Source: Uliginosibacterium gangwonense
GTDB lineage: Bacteria; Pseudomonadota; Gammaproteobacteria; Burkholderiales; Rhodocyclaceae
Reading direction: 5' to 3'
Length of the DNA: 62,407 nt
NCBI GenBank assembly: GCA_020723855.1
Contig: DYIB01000001.1
Coordinates: 1-62,407, forward strand
The position numbers and the translations under genes are program-made. Below, piece after piece: positions 1 to 10,725 of the stretch. The first letter of the stretch is position 1. Every line of letters begins with the position of its first letter. Below the pieces are notes generated by a model. The model did no database searches. It saw only the letters and a list, made by a program, of their open reading frames with translations, and was not told the DNA's origin.

Positions 1-65
1 GGGAGATTTTCGATCTGGCTCGCTTTCGTCACATGGTTACGTAAGGATCAATAGGAAGGGCGGAT

Positions 66-164
66 AACCGCCTTCAACGCAGAGGACGCAAAGACGCAGA
101 GGACGCAAAGAAATGAAAGATGTTCCGGCTGTATCACTCTGTGCTCTCTGCGTCGACCGCGGTT
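66..164. repeat. Intergenic hairpin element, copy 1 (right arm decayed); family built from tandem xxCGCAAAG nonamers bounded by AACCGC...GCGGTT
   Basis: Left arm tcaacgcagaggacgcaaagacgcagaggacgcaaagaa faces ctctgcgtcgaccgcggtt. Same architecture as 8499-8603, 11871-11985 and 22968-23040. Lies directly 3' of the stop (166-168) of the last operon gene. Confidence 0.65.
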
Positions 165-165
165 G

Positions 166-1308
166 TCACTTGAGCAGGCGCCACTCGCCGTTCTCCACGC
201 GCACCAGCACGCGCGCGCGCTCGTCCAGGCCGTTGTGGTTGGACGGGCTCATGTTGTATACGCCGTGGGTGCCGATGACGTTCCTGGTGTTCTCCAGGGC
301 GTCGCGCAGTGCCGCGCGGAACTCGGGCGTGCCCGGCCTGGCCTTCTTCAGAGCGGCGGGCACGGCCGCGCCCAGCAGCGCGACGGCGTCGTGGCTGTAG
401 CCGGCGAAGGCGTTGCGGCTGCCGGCGCCGAAGGCGGCCTCGTAGCGCTTGGTGAACTCCAGGGAGACGGCCTTGGTGGGGAACTCCGCCGGCAGCTCCT
501 CGGGAACGATCAGGGCGCCGGTGGGGGCGATGGCGCCCTCGACGTTCTTCTTGCCGGTCTGGATGAAGGCCAGGTTGACCGTGCCGTGGTTGTGGTAGAT
601 GGGGCCCTTGTAGCCGCGCTCCGCCAGGGCGATGTGGGGTGTCGCGCCGGGGGAGCCGGAACCGCCCACCACCACGGCGTCCGGGTTGGCCGCCATCACC
701 TTCAGCACCTGGCCGGTGACGCTGGTGTCGGCGCGCCCATAGCGCTCGTTGGTGACCACCTTGATGCCGGCGGCCGGGGTGAGCGACATGAGTGCGTTAT
801 AGACGAGATCGCCCCAGGTGTCGGAGAAGCCGATGTAGCCCACGGTTTTGATGCCCTTGGCCTTCATGTGGTCCACCACGGCGCTCATCATCAGCTCGGT
901 GGTCTGGGGTACGATGAAAGTCCAGTGGGCGCGCTCGGGCGCCAGGGGCGGCACCGGCGTCAGGGCGATCATGGGCGTCCTGCTTTCCGCCGCCACCTGG
1001 GTCATGGCCGCCGCCGAGGGCACGCCGTTGGAGCCCATGATGACGTCGGCCTTGTCCTCGGTGACGAACTTGCGCGCGTTCTTGGCGGCGTTGTCGGGCT
1101 TGGACTCGTCATCGAGAATGATGTACTTGACCGGCTCGCCGCCCAGGGTCTTGGGCAGGAGCTGGAAGGCATTCTTGTAGGGGATGCCCAGCGACGAGCC
1201 CGGCCCGGTGGTGCCCAGGGACACGCCGACGGTGATCTCGGCGCGGGCGGCGGGAACGGCGACAAACGCCGCGACGGCCAGGGCGGCGAACAGTGGTGTG
1301 CGCTTCAT
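166..1308 (-). CDS. ABC transporter periplasmic substrate-binding protein (Leu/Ile/Val-binding-protein family); probable uptake component for the catabolic operon
   Basis: 380 aa. Signal peptide ending AVPAARA/EI, then type I binding-protein stretches (VGVSLGTTGPGSSLG, ILDDESKPDNA). Last gene of the co-directional operon. Confidence 0.85.
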   Translation of the reverse strand: MKRTPLFAALAVAAFVAVPAARAEITVGVSLGTTGPGSSLGIPYKNAFQLLPKTLGGEPVKYIILDDESKPDNAAKNARKFVTEDKADVIMGSNGVPSAAAMTQVAAESRTPMIALTPVPPLAPERAHWTFIVPQTTELMMSAVVDHMKAKGIKTVGYIGFSDTWGDLVYNALMSLTPAAGIKVVTNERYGRADTSVTGQVLKVMAANPDAVVVGGSGSPGATPHIALAERGYKGPIYHNHGTVNLAFIQTGKKNVEGAIAPTGALIVPEELPAEFPTKAVSLEFTKRYEAAFGAGSRNAFAGYSHDAVALLGAAVPAALKKARPGTPEFRAALRDALENTRNVIGTHGVYNMSPSNHNGLDERARVLVRVENGEWRLLK

Positions 1309-1335
1309 TGCTCCTCCTCCGATCGATGGACTGCG

Positions 1336-2331
1336 TTAATCAAGCGCTGCCGGGTGCAGCAACCCCAGATGCCTGAGCATGCCCAGCATCCGACCCAGCG
1401 TCTCCTTCTTGTAGGCGGCCACGTCCACGCCGCTGAAATCATGGAATCCCCTGCCGTCGCGCAGGCCGTTGCGGCCCTCGCGCATGTGGCGGTCCACGAT
1501 GGGCGGCGAGGCATAGCGCTCGTCGCCCAGGGCTTGGGCCAGGTAGCGGCTGGCGTAATAGAGGATGTCGTTGCCGCCGAAGTCGATGAACTCCACCACG
1601 CCCATGTTGGCGTAGCGGAAGCCCAGCCCGTAGCGGGTGGCGCGGTCGATGTCCGCGGCGCTGGCCACACCCTGCTCGATCATGCGCGCCGCCTCGTTCA
1701 TGATCAGGGATTGCAGCCGCGGCACGATGTAGCCGGGGGCGGCGGCGCACAGCACGGGCACCTTGCCGATGCGCTCCAGCAGGCCCTTGAGGGCGTCCAC
1801 GGCGGCCGGCGCCGTGCCCCCGTGGGGCGACAGCTCCACCAGCGGGATGACGTGGGCGGGGTTGAGCCAGTGGGCGTTGAGGAAGCGCCCGGGGTGGGGC
1901 ACCAGCTCGGCCAACCGGGTGACCAGGAAGGTGGATGTGGTCGAGGCGAGCAGGGCCTCGGGCCGCATGTGGGCGGCGGCGAAGGCGAAGGCGCCGCGCT
2001 TGGCCTCCATCACTTCCGGCACGCCCTCGAACACCGCGTCGGCGCGCGCCAGGGCGGCCGGCGCCGCCTCGCGCGCGGCGAAGCGGATGCGCTGCACGAT
2101 GCGCGGCCGCAGGGCGTCGTCGAAGGCGCCCCATTCGGCCATGGCGGCGAGCGAAGCGTCGATCTCGGCCAGCGCCTGGCGCTCCAGCGCCCGGGCCTCG
2201 GCGGCGGCGCGCGGCTTGATGTCCACCAGCCACACTTCATGGCCGGCATGGGCGAAGGCCGTGGCGATGCCCCGGCCCATGCGGCCGGCGCCGAGGGCGG
2301 CGATGGTCTCTTTGGCGCGCGACGCTGTCAT
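1336..2331 (-). CDS. 3-hydroxyacyl-CoA dehydrogenase (NAD-dependent)
   Basis: N-terminal Rossmann motif GAGRMGRG; family core NAHWLNPAHVIPLVEL and PGYIVPRL. The ATG at 2329-2331 overlaps the upstream stop as ATGA. The 662-aa ORF in the track is an upstream over-extension. Confidence 0.85.
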   Translation of the reverse strand: MTASRAKETIAALGAGRMGRGIATAFAHAGHEVWLVDIKPRAAAEARALERQALAEIDASLAAMAEWGAFDDALRPRIVQRIRFAAREAAPAALARADAVFEGVPEVMEAKRGAFAFAAAHMRPEALLASTTSTFLVTRLAELVPHPGRFLNAHWLNPAHVIPLVELSPHGGTAPAAVDALKGLLERIGKVPVLCAAAPGYIVPRLQSLIMNEAARMIEQGVASAADIDRATRYGLGFRYANMGVVEFIDFGGNDILYYASRYLAQALGDERYASPPIVDRHMREGRNGLRDGRGFHDFSGVDVAAYKKETLGRMLGMLRHLGLLHPAALD

Positions 2332-3407
2332 GGTGCCAGCCCCTCCCGCAACAGCCGCCTCATACCACCGCGATCCAGCCCTGCCAGCCCCAGCGCTCCC
2401 AGGGTGCGCGGGCCGCGCGTCAGGTCCTCGCCCACCATGGCGCCGGCGATGGCCAGCAGGCCGCGCGCCACCGGACAGGGCACGCCGGCCCAATCCGCCA
2501 CCGACACCAGGAAGGCCAGGCCGTAGGCCACGTCCTCGCGCATGTAGCGGTGGGTCTTCAGGTCGATGTGCTCGCGCCAGTCGCCGCTGTCCACCAGCTT
2601 GTCGTGGGCATTGCCGTACATCCAGCGGTCGCCGGTGTAGTGGTCGGCCAGGGGGAAGTGGGGCGGCCCGTAGCCCAGGGCCTCCCGCAGCGCCATGCGC
2701 TCGCCGTCGAGGGCGTCGGTGACGCGCCGGATGGCCGGCTGGGTGCCCTCGTTGTGGATGTCCCAGCGCTCGAAGTGCTCCAGGGGTCCCGCGTTCATGA
2801 GGATGAGGGGCGGATGGATCACCGGTCCGGCATTCATCAGCGCGCCGGACAAGGCGTCCTCCACCGGCTCCACGGCGGGATAGGCGCGGGCGATGACTTG
2901 CAGCGCATGCCCGCTGGCGGCGGCGGGGAACACGCCCGTGGGCAGGCGCGTGGCGCGGGTGGTGATGGCCACCTCCGCCGGCCCGTGCTTGCGCGCGAGA
3001 TAGGGCAGGGTGCCGGTCTCGGCGAAGGCCACCGCCGCCCGGCTGCCGGCGGCGCGTACCGTCCGGGCCATGACATAGGCGCCGAAGGTGCCGGGCGGCA
3101 GGAACACCACCTGGCCGTCCTCGAGATGAGGCGCCAGGGCGTGGGCGATGTCCACCTGGGCGCAGGCCGGCGTCGGGATCAGGATCAGCTCGGCGCCGCG
3201 CACCGCCGCCTCCAGGTTGCCGGTGGCGAGCGCAATGGGCACCTGGTGCCGGCCTCGGTAGTCCTTGAGGGTGATGTATCCCGTGGTCATCACCGGCGCC
3301 AGGGCCGCCGCGTCCCGGCGCCACAGCCGGACTTCGTGCCCGAGCTGGGACAGATCCGCGGCGGCGGCGTAACAGCCGTGTCCGCCGCCTAGCACGGCGA
3401 TGCGCAT
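2328..3407 (-). CDS. NAD(P)-dependent octopine/nopaline (opine) dehydrogenase-family protein; step in the pathway unknown
   Basis: 359 aa. MRIAVLGGGHGCYAAA Rossmann start, with length and C-terminal region typical of the opine dehydrogenase fold. Confidence 0.7.
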   Translation of the reverse strand: MRIAVLGGGHGCYAAAADLSQLGHEVRLWRRDAAALAPVMTTGYITLKDYRGRHQVPIALATGNLEAAVRGAELILIPTPACAQVDIAHALAPHLEDGQVVFLPPGTFGAYVMARTVRAAGSRAAVAFAETGTLPYLARKHGPAEVAITTRATRLPTGVFPAAASGHALQVIARAYPAVEPVEDALSGALMNAGPVIHPPLILMNAGPLEHFERWDIHNEGTQPAIRRVTDALDGERMALREALGYGPPHFPLADHYTGDRWMYGNAHDKLVDSGDWREHIDLKTHRYMREDVAYGLAFLVSVADWAGVPCPVARGLLAIAGAMVGEDLTRGPRTLGALGLAGLDRGGMRRLLREGLAP

Positions 3408-3461
3408 GGGTCTCCTCCCTCGCTCATGGTTGATTGTCGATTCTTCCCGCGCGGCCGGCCC

Positions 3462-4649
3462 TCATGCGATGACGCCGGCGCCCGCCAGGGCATCCACTTC
3501 TTCCGCCCCATAGCCCGCCTCGGCGAGCACGCGCCGGGTGTCGGCCCCGTACTTGGGCGGGAAGGGCAGTTCGGTGCGCGCGCCGGCCACATCCACGGCC
3601 ATGGGCTGCATGTGCACCGGCTTGCCGTCGGGCATGACCGTGCGCGTGAGCTTGTCGATCAACTGCGGCAGCTCGCGCACCTGGCGGATGTCGAGGATGC
3701 GGGTGGCGGGAATGGTGGCGGCGCGCAGGTCCGCCAGGATCTCCTCGGACGAGTACTGGCTGGTCACCGCCGCCATGTCCCGGTGGATCGCCGCCCGCTC
3801 CCGGTGGCGCCCTTCGTTGGTTGCCCGCACCTGGTTGGCGACGCAGGCGAACTTGGGGATGGCCGTGAGGCGCTGCCATTGCACGTCGCTGCCGATGGCC
3901 AGGTACACATGGCCGTCCTTGGTGGGGTAGACGTTGGTGGGGATGAACTTGCGGTGCTCGTTGCCGGCGCGGGTGATCTCGCCCGGCTGGCAGCCGAAAT
4001 CGATCAGGGGCAGCACGGTGATCAGCCAGGAGGCGGCGGCCTGGAGCATGGACACGTGGATCTCCCGGCCGCGCCCGGTCTCCTGGCGCTCGAGCAGGGC
4101 GAGCATCACGTTGGCATAGACCTCGTCGCCCGCCTTCAGATCTATGACGGGAATGCCGGTGAGCATGGGCGGCCCGTCCGGGTCGCCTGTGACCTCCATG
4201 TAGCCGGCCATGGCCTGGATCACGGGATCGTAGCCCGGCGCCTCCGGCACCTGGGGCCCCATGGCCGAGATCCCGGCCCAGATCAGGTCGGGCTTGACTG
4301 CCATGAGGGTGGCGGGGGCTATGCCCAGCTGCCGGTAGCGCGAGGGCACGGTGTTGCAGCAGAACACGTCCACGTCCAGCGCCCGGATCAGGCGCTTCAG
4401 CACCTCCTGGCCGCGGGGATCCTTGAGGTTCAGGGCGATCGCCTCCTTGCCCACGTTGGGGGCGACGAAGTAGCTGCGCCGGTCGTCGTCGGCAACACGC
4501 GAGCCGATGTAGCGGTTGGGGTCGCCGGGCAGGCCGCCGCCGGGAGTGGACTCGATGCGGATCACGCGCCAGCCGAGCTGGGCGAAGCGCAGGGTGGCGT
4601 AGGGCAGGGACAGGGCCTGCTCCAGGGAAAGGACGGTACGGCGTTTCAT
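3462..4649 (-). CDS. Family III (CaiB/BaiF) CoA-transferase; candidate arylsuccinate CoA-transferase (IaaL-like)
   Basis: 395 aa. N-terminal [21 protein letters not shown]...GDPNRY pattern typical of class III CoA-transferases. Function inferred from context. Confidence 0.85.
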   Translation of the reverse strand: MKRRTVLSLEQALSLPYATLRFAQLGWRVIRIESTPGGGLPGDPNRYIGSRVADDDRRSYFVAPNVGKEAIALNLKDPRGQEVLKRLIRALDVDVFCCNTVPSRYRQLGIAPATLMAVKPDLIWAGISAMGPQVPEAPGYDPVIQAMAGYMEVTGDPDGPPMLTGIPVIDLKAGDEVYANVMLALLERQETGRGREIHVSMLQAAASWLITVLPLIDFGCQPGEITRAGNEHRKFIPTNVYPTKDGHVYLAIGSDVQWQRLTAIPKFACVANQVRATNEGRHRERAAIHRDMAAVTSQYSSEEILADLRAATIPATRILDIRQVRELPQLIDKLTRTVMPDGKPVHMQPMAVDVAGARTELPFPPKYGADTRRVLAEAGYGAEEVDALAGAGVIA

Positions 4650-4655
4650 GAGGCT

Positions 4656-4753
4656 TCCCCCTTTGCAAAAGGGGGACGGGAGGGGGATTTTTTCGGCCGT
4701 GATACGGCGACGACCGTTGAAATCCCCCCTGGCCCCCCTTTTTCAAAGGGGGG
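4656..4753. repeat. Composite triple-hairpin element (C5-6TTT...AAAG5-6 palindromes)
   Basis: TCCCCCTTT-GCA-AAAGGGGGA (4656-4676). GGGGGATTT...AAATCCCCC (4682-4728). CCCCCCTTT-TTC-AAAGGGGGG (4733-4753). Fills the 124-bp gap between the Mo-subunit stop and the CoA-transferase start. Confidence 0.7.
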
Positions 4754-4773
4754 AACCGGTGTGCGCGTCGGCA

Positions 4774-7149
4774 TCACGCTGCTTCCTTTCGCGCCGCATG
4801 CAACGCCCGATACACCTTCTCCGGCGTGAACGGCAGCTCGAAGATGCGCACGCCGGTGGCGTTGCAGATGGCGTTGGCGGTGGCGGCGGCGATGCAGATG
4901 GCGGGCGCTTCGCCCACGCCCTTGGCGCCCTGGGGGCCTTCGCCGTCCATGGTCTCGATGAAGTGCACCTCCATCTCCGGGATTTCCGGCGCGGTCACCA
5001 GCTTGTAGTCGCGGAAGGCGGGGTTTTTCACCACGCCGTTTTCCACCATCAGCTCCTCGGTCAGTGCATAGCCCTGGCCCATGACGATACCGCCCTCGAT
5101 CTGGCCCTCTATCCCCAGGCGGTTGAGCACGCGGCCCACGTCGTGGGCGCCGGTGACCTTGAGCAGACGCACGATGCCCGTGTCCGTATCCACCTCCACT
5201 TCCACCACCTGGGTGGCCCAGGCATAGGCGGCGGAGACGTCGCCCTTGAACTGCTTGTCCTGGTGCTTGCTGGGCGGCTCGTAGTAGAAGCTGGTCATCA
5301 CCAGCTCGGCCTTGTCGTTGAAGTGGAGCTGGCGCAGCAGCTTGGGCAGGCTCATGACCATCTTGCCGGTCCTGGCCTCGACGATGTGGCCGGCGCGCAG
5401 GTCCAGCTCCTCGGGCGCCATCTGCGCCACGCCGGCGGCCGCCGCCAGGATCTTGGCGCGCGCCTTGCGCGCCGCGCCGATGGCCGAGTTGCCGGCGATG
5501 AAGGTGGTGCGGCTGGCGTGCACGCCCACGTCCCAGGGGGTGATCTCCGTGTCGTTGTTGATGACGCGCACCGCCGACAGGGGCACGCCCAGTTCCTCGC
5601 ACACGAGTTGGGCCAGCACCGTCTCCGAGCCCTGGCCGATTTCCGAGGCGCCGGTGAGCAGGGTCACGGCGCCGAAGTCGTCCATCTTGAGGATGGTGCC
5701 GCAGCCGTCGGAGGGATAAATCTTGGCGCCGCCCCCCACGTGCAGCATGGAGGCCATGCCGATGCCGCGCTTGAAGCGGCCCGGCCTGGCCTGCTCGGCC
5801 TGGTAGCGTCGGCGCTTGGCGCTGTAGTCGCTGGCGCGGGCCGCGGTGGTGAGGCAGTCCTTGAAGCCGCAGCTCTTGAAGTGCATGCCCTGGGGCGTGA
5901 CCTCGCCCGGATCCTGGGCGTTCTTCAGGCGGAACTCCAGCGGGTCCATGCCGATGGCTTCCGCCAGCATGTCCATGTGGCTCTCCACGGCGAAGGTCGC
6001 CTGCAGGTTGCCGTAGCCGCGGAACGAGCCGGCATAGGGGTTGTTGGTATAGACCGCCTTGGTGTGGTACTTGCAGTGGGACACGCGATAGAGCGACGAG
6101 ATGGTCTGCATCATGACGAAGGGCGTGGTGGCGCCCCAGGAGGTGTAGGCGCCGTTGTCGTGCAGGGTCTCGACGGTGCGGAAGGTCAGCGTGCCGTCCT
6201 TCCTGCAGCCGGAGCGCAGGGTGAGGATCACCGGCTGGCGCGTGGGCGAGGCGAGGAACTCCTCTTCCCGGGTGAATACCAGCTTCACCGGCCGGCGCGT
6301 GGCCTTGGCCAGGAACACGGTGATGGGCTCGAAGGGATAGATGTCCAGCTTGGAGCCGAAGCCGCCGCCGATGGGCGGCTGGATGATGCGGATGCGCGCC
6401 GGGTCCATGTCGAGGATCTCGGCGAACTCGCGCTTGTGCAGGAAGGGCACCTGGGTGTTGGAATACATCAGCAGGTTGCCCGAGGGATCGAACTCGGCGA
6501 TGATGCCCGACACCCCCATGCAGCAGTGGGTGACGTAGTGCAGCCGGAAGGTATGCTCCAGCACCACGTCCGACTCGCGCTCGCCTTGCGCCACGTCGCC
6601 CTGCCCATAGTCGAACGTCATTGCGATGTTGTCGGGCTTGCCGGCGTAGGCCACCGGCATGCCGGGCTTGAGGTGCTCGGGCTTGCCGTCGGCGCCGTGG
6701 GGCTCCGGGTGGATCAGGGGCGCGCCCGGCTTGAGCGCCTCGCGCGGGTCGGTCAGCACCGGCAGGTCCTCGTACTCCACCTCGATCAGCTTCAGCGCCG
6801 CCTCCGCGATCTCCGGCGTCTCGGCCGCCACCGCGGCGATCTCGTCGCGCAGGCTGCGCACCCGGTCGGTCTTCAGGGGCAGGTGGTCCTTGGCCACGCC
6901 GATGGGACGCTGGTAGGGCACGTCCGCGGCGGTGATGACCGCATGCACGCCGGGCAGCGCCCTGGCCTTGCTGGTGTCGATCTTCTTGATCAGGGCATGC
7001 ACCCTTGAGGAGCGCAGGATCTTGCCGTAGAGCTGGCCGGGAACGTTGAGGTCGTGGATGTAGCGCGTCTTGCCGCCGGCTTTCTCGGGCGCGTCCAGCT
7101 TGGTGATGCGCTTGCCGATCAGGGTGTCTTTCTCGATCACTTCCGGCAT
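4774..7149 (-). CDS. Xanthine dehydrogenase/aldehyde oxidoreductase-family molybdopterin-binding large subunit
   Basis: 791 aa. N-terminal GKRITKLDAPEKAGGKTRYIHDL and overall layout typical of XDH/CoxL/HcrA large subunits. Follows the cognate FAD and 2Fe-2S subunit genes. Confidence 0.9.
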   Translation of the reverse strand: MPEVIEKDTLIGKRITKLDAPEKAGGKTRYIHDLNVPGQLYGKILRSSRVHALIKKIDTSKARALPGVHAVITAADVPYQRPIGVAKDHLPLKTDRVRSLRDEIAAVAAETPEIAEAALKLIEVEYEDLPVLTDPREALKPGAPLIHPEPHGADGKPEHLKPGMPVAYAGKPDNIAMTFDYGQGDVAQGERESDVVLEHTFRLHYVTHCCMGVSGIIAEFDPSGNLLMYSNTQVPFLHKREFAEILDMDPARIRIIQPPIGGGFGSKLDIYPFEPITVFLAKATRRPVKLVFTREEEFLASPTRQPVILTLRSGCRKDGTLTFRTVETLHDNGAYTSWGATTPFVMMQTISSLYRVSHCKYHTKAVYTNNPYAGSFRGYGNLQATFAVESHMDMLAEAIGMDPLEFRLKNAQDPGEVTPQGMHFKSCGFKDCLTTAARASDYSAKRRRYQAEQARPGRFKRGIGMASMLHVGGGAKIYPSDGCGTILKMDDFGAVTLLTGASEIGQGSETVLAQLVCEELGVPLSAVRVINNDTEITPWDVGVHASRTTFIAGNSAIGAARKARAKILAAAAGVAQMAPEELDLRAGHIVEARTGKMVMSLPKLLRQLHFNDKAELVMTSFYYEPPSKHQDKQFKGDVSAAYAWATQVVEVEVDTDTGIVRLLKVTGAHDVGRVLNRLGIEGQIEGGIVMGQGYALTEELMVENGVVKNPAFRDYKLVTAPEIPEMEVHFIETMDGEGPQGAKGVGEAPAICIAAATANAICNATGVRIFELPFTPEKVYRALHAARKEAA

Positions 7150-7153
7150 GGCG

Positions 7154-7604
<451 letters not shown>

Positions 7605-7627
<23 letters not shown>

Positions 7628-8477
7628 TTTCGAGCATCCTCTTGGTCATGTTGTGGACCAGCTCCTTGCGGTACCAGGCCGAGGCCCGCACGTCGGAGAT
7701 GGGGTTGATTTCGTCCCGGGCCGCGAGCGCGGCGGCGGCAATCGTCTCGGGAGTGAGGCGCTTGCCCTCCAATGCCTTCTCGGTGGCGGTGCCGCGCAGC
7801 GGCGTGGGCGCAACGGCGCCGAAGGCCACCCGCACCTGGGACAGGCGGCCGTCGCGCAGCACGCCCGCCAGGCCGATGGAGATGGCCGAGATGTCCAGGG
7901 CCGGGCGGGTGCCGAACTTGTAGAAGCGGGCGATAGAGCCCGGCGGCGGCACGGGAATGCGCACCGCCGCCAGCAGCTCGTTGGGCTCGCGCCGGGTGCG
8001 GCCCGGGCCGGTGAAGAACTGGGCCAGGGGCAGGGTGCGGGTGCGCAGGCTGCCGTTGGGCTTGGATACCAGCTCCGCCTGGGCATCGAGCACCAGCAGG
8101 GGCACCAGGGTGTCGCCGGCGGGGGAGGCGTTGCAGATGTTGCCGCCCAGGGTGCCGGCGTTGCGGATCTGGCCGCTGGCGAAATGGTCGCCGGCTTCCG
8201 CCAGCACCGGGCAGTGGCGCCGCACCAGCTCGGCTGCCATGAGCTCGCTGATGGTGGCGAGCGCCCCGATGCGCAGCCAGCCGCCGTCCAGGGCGATGCC
8301 CTTGAGCTCCGGGATGCGCCGGATGTTCATCAGGGTGGGCTTGAACTTCACCCGCCCGGCGTGGCTCTGGGGCATGAGGTCGGTGCCCCCGGCGAGGATG
8401 GTCGCCTCGCCCGCGGCCAGCAACTCCACGGCCTGCTCCAGGCTGGTGGGGGCTATGTAATTTTCGATCGCTGTCAT
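7605..8477 (-). CDS. FAD-binding medium subunit of the molybdenum hydroxylase (CoxM/XdhB type)
   Basis: 290 aa. AGGTDLMP and GTLGGNICNASPAGD motifs. Only two Cys in the whole protein. Its 3' end overlaps the next gene by 23 nt. Confidence 0.85.
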
Positions 8478-8498
8478 GTAGCTTTATCCTATAAGAAC

Positions 8499-8603
8499 AA
8501 CCGCACTCAACGCAGAGATCGCAAAGACGCAAAGGACGCAAAGAAATGCGTTTTTTGCCTGGGCCTTCTTTGCGATCTTTGCGCCTTTGCGTCGAAAGCG
8601 GTT
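8499..8603. repeat. Intergenic hairpin element, copy 2 (xxCGCAAAG nonamer family)
   Basis: aaccgcactcaacgcagagatcgcaaagacgcaaaggacgcaaagaa / loop / ttctttgcgatctttgcgcctttgcgtcgaaagcggtt. Lies between the FAD-subunit start and the mutase stop. Confidence 0.8.
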
Positions 8604-8610
8604 TTCATAA

Positions 8611-10224
<1,614 letters not shown>

Positions 10225-10225
10225 G

Positions 10226-10258
10226 CCACCCTCCGCAGAGCCGCCTCAAGGAGGGTGG
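10226..10258 (-). promoter_or_regulatory. Stem-loop whose 3' arm is the Shine-Dalgarno sequence of the mutase large subunit
   Basis: The mRNA reads CCACCCTCC-15 nt-GGAGGGTGG-C-ATG: a perfect 9-bp inverted repeat (10250-10258 with 10226-10234). Confidence 0.35.
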
Positions 10259-10300
10259 ACGCCCCCTCAGGGGGCAGCGAACGCATGTGAGCGTGGGGGA

Positions 10301-10699
10301 TCATTTTACGTGCTCCCGGATGAAATTGACGATGTCGTCGAGCCTGGAGCCGGTCGGGAAGATGCCCTTGAAGCCCAGTCGGCGCAGGGCCTCGTGGTCC
10401 TGGGCGGGCAGGTTGCCGCCGATCATCCACAGTTTGTCGGTGAGCCCCGCCTCCTCCAGCAGGGGCTTGAGCTTGGTGCAGAAGGGCAGGTGGGAGCCCG
10501 CCAGGCTGGACAGGGCGATGACGTCCACGTCCTCCTCCAGGGCCATGCGCGCCACCTTCTCCGGCGTCTGGCGCAGCCCGGTGTAGATCACTTCCATGCC
10601 CGCCTCCATCAGGGCGCGCACCACCACCTTGGCGCCCTGGTCGTGGCCGTCCAGGCCGGGCTTGGCGAGGAGGACTTTGATGGGGTGTTGGCGACTCAT
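10301..10699 (-). CDS. B12-binding small subunit of the acyl-CoA mutase
   Basis: DxHxxG motif (LDGHDQGAK) and SxL (LSSLAG). The ATG at 10699 is preceded by GGAGAG. An alternative ATG at 10726 overlaps the upstream stop (TGATG). Confidence 0.85.
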   Translation of the reverse strand: MSRQHPIKVLLAKPGLDGHDQGAKVVVRALMEAGMEVIYTGLRQTPEKVARMALEEDVDVIALSSLAGSHLPFCTKLKPLLEEAGLTDKLWMIGGNLPAQDHEALRRLGFKGIFPTGSRLDDIVNFIREHVK

Positions 10700-10725
10700 T
10701 TCAGACTCTCCATTGTGGGAGGACA

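Noticed and set aside
163-2526. 787-aa plus-strand ORF. Similar giants lie at 4648-7008, 10936-13761, 24197-27544, 35383-37881, 41238-44735 and 53948-56458.
   Set aside because: These are Ala/Gly/Arg/Pro/His-rich low-complexity translations lying antisense or out of frame to strongly recognisable genes. This is the expected artefact of high GC content, where stop codons are rare.
1336-3324. 662-aa ORF that would fuse the 3-hydroxyacyl-CoA dehydrogenase to a long N-terminal extension
   Set aside because: The extension is low-complexity and overlaps the opine-DH-like gene in another frame. A canonical ATGA-coupled start at 2331 gives a normal 331-aa enzyme.
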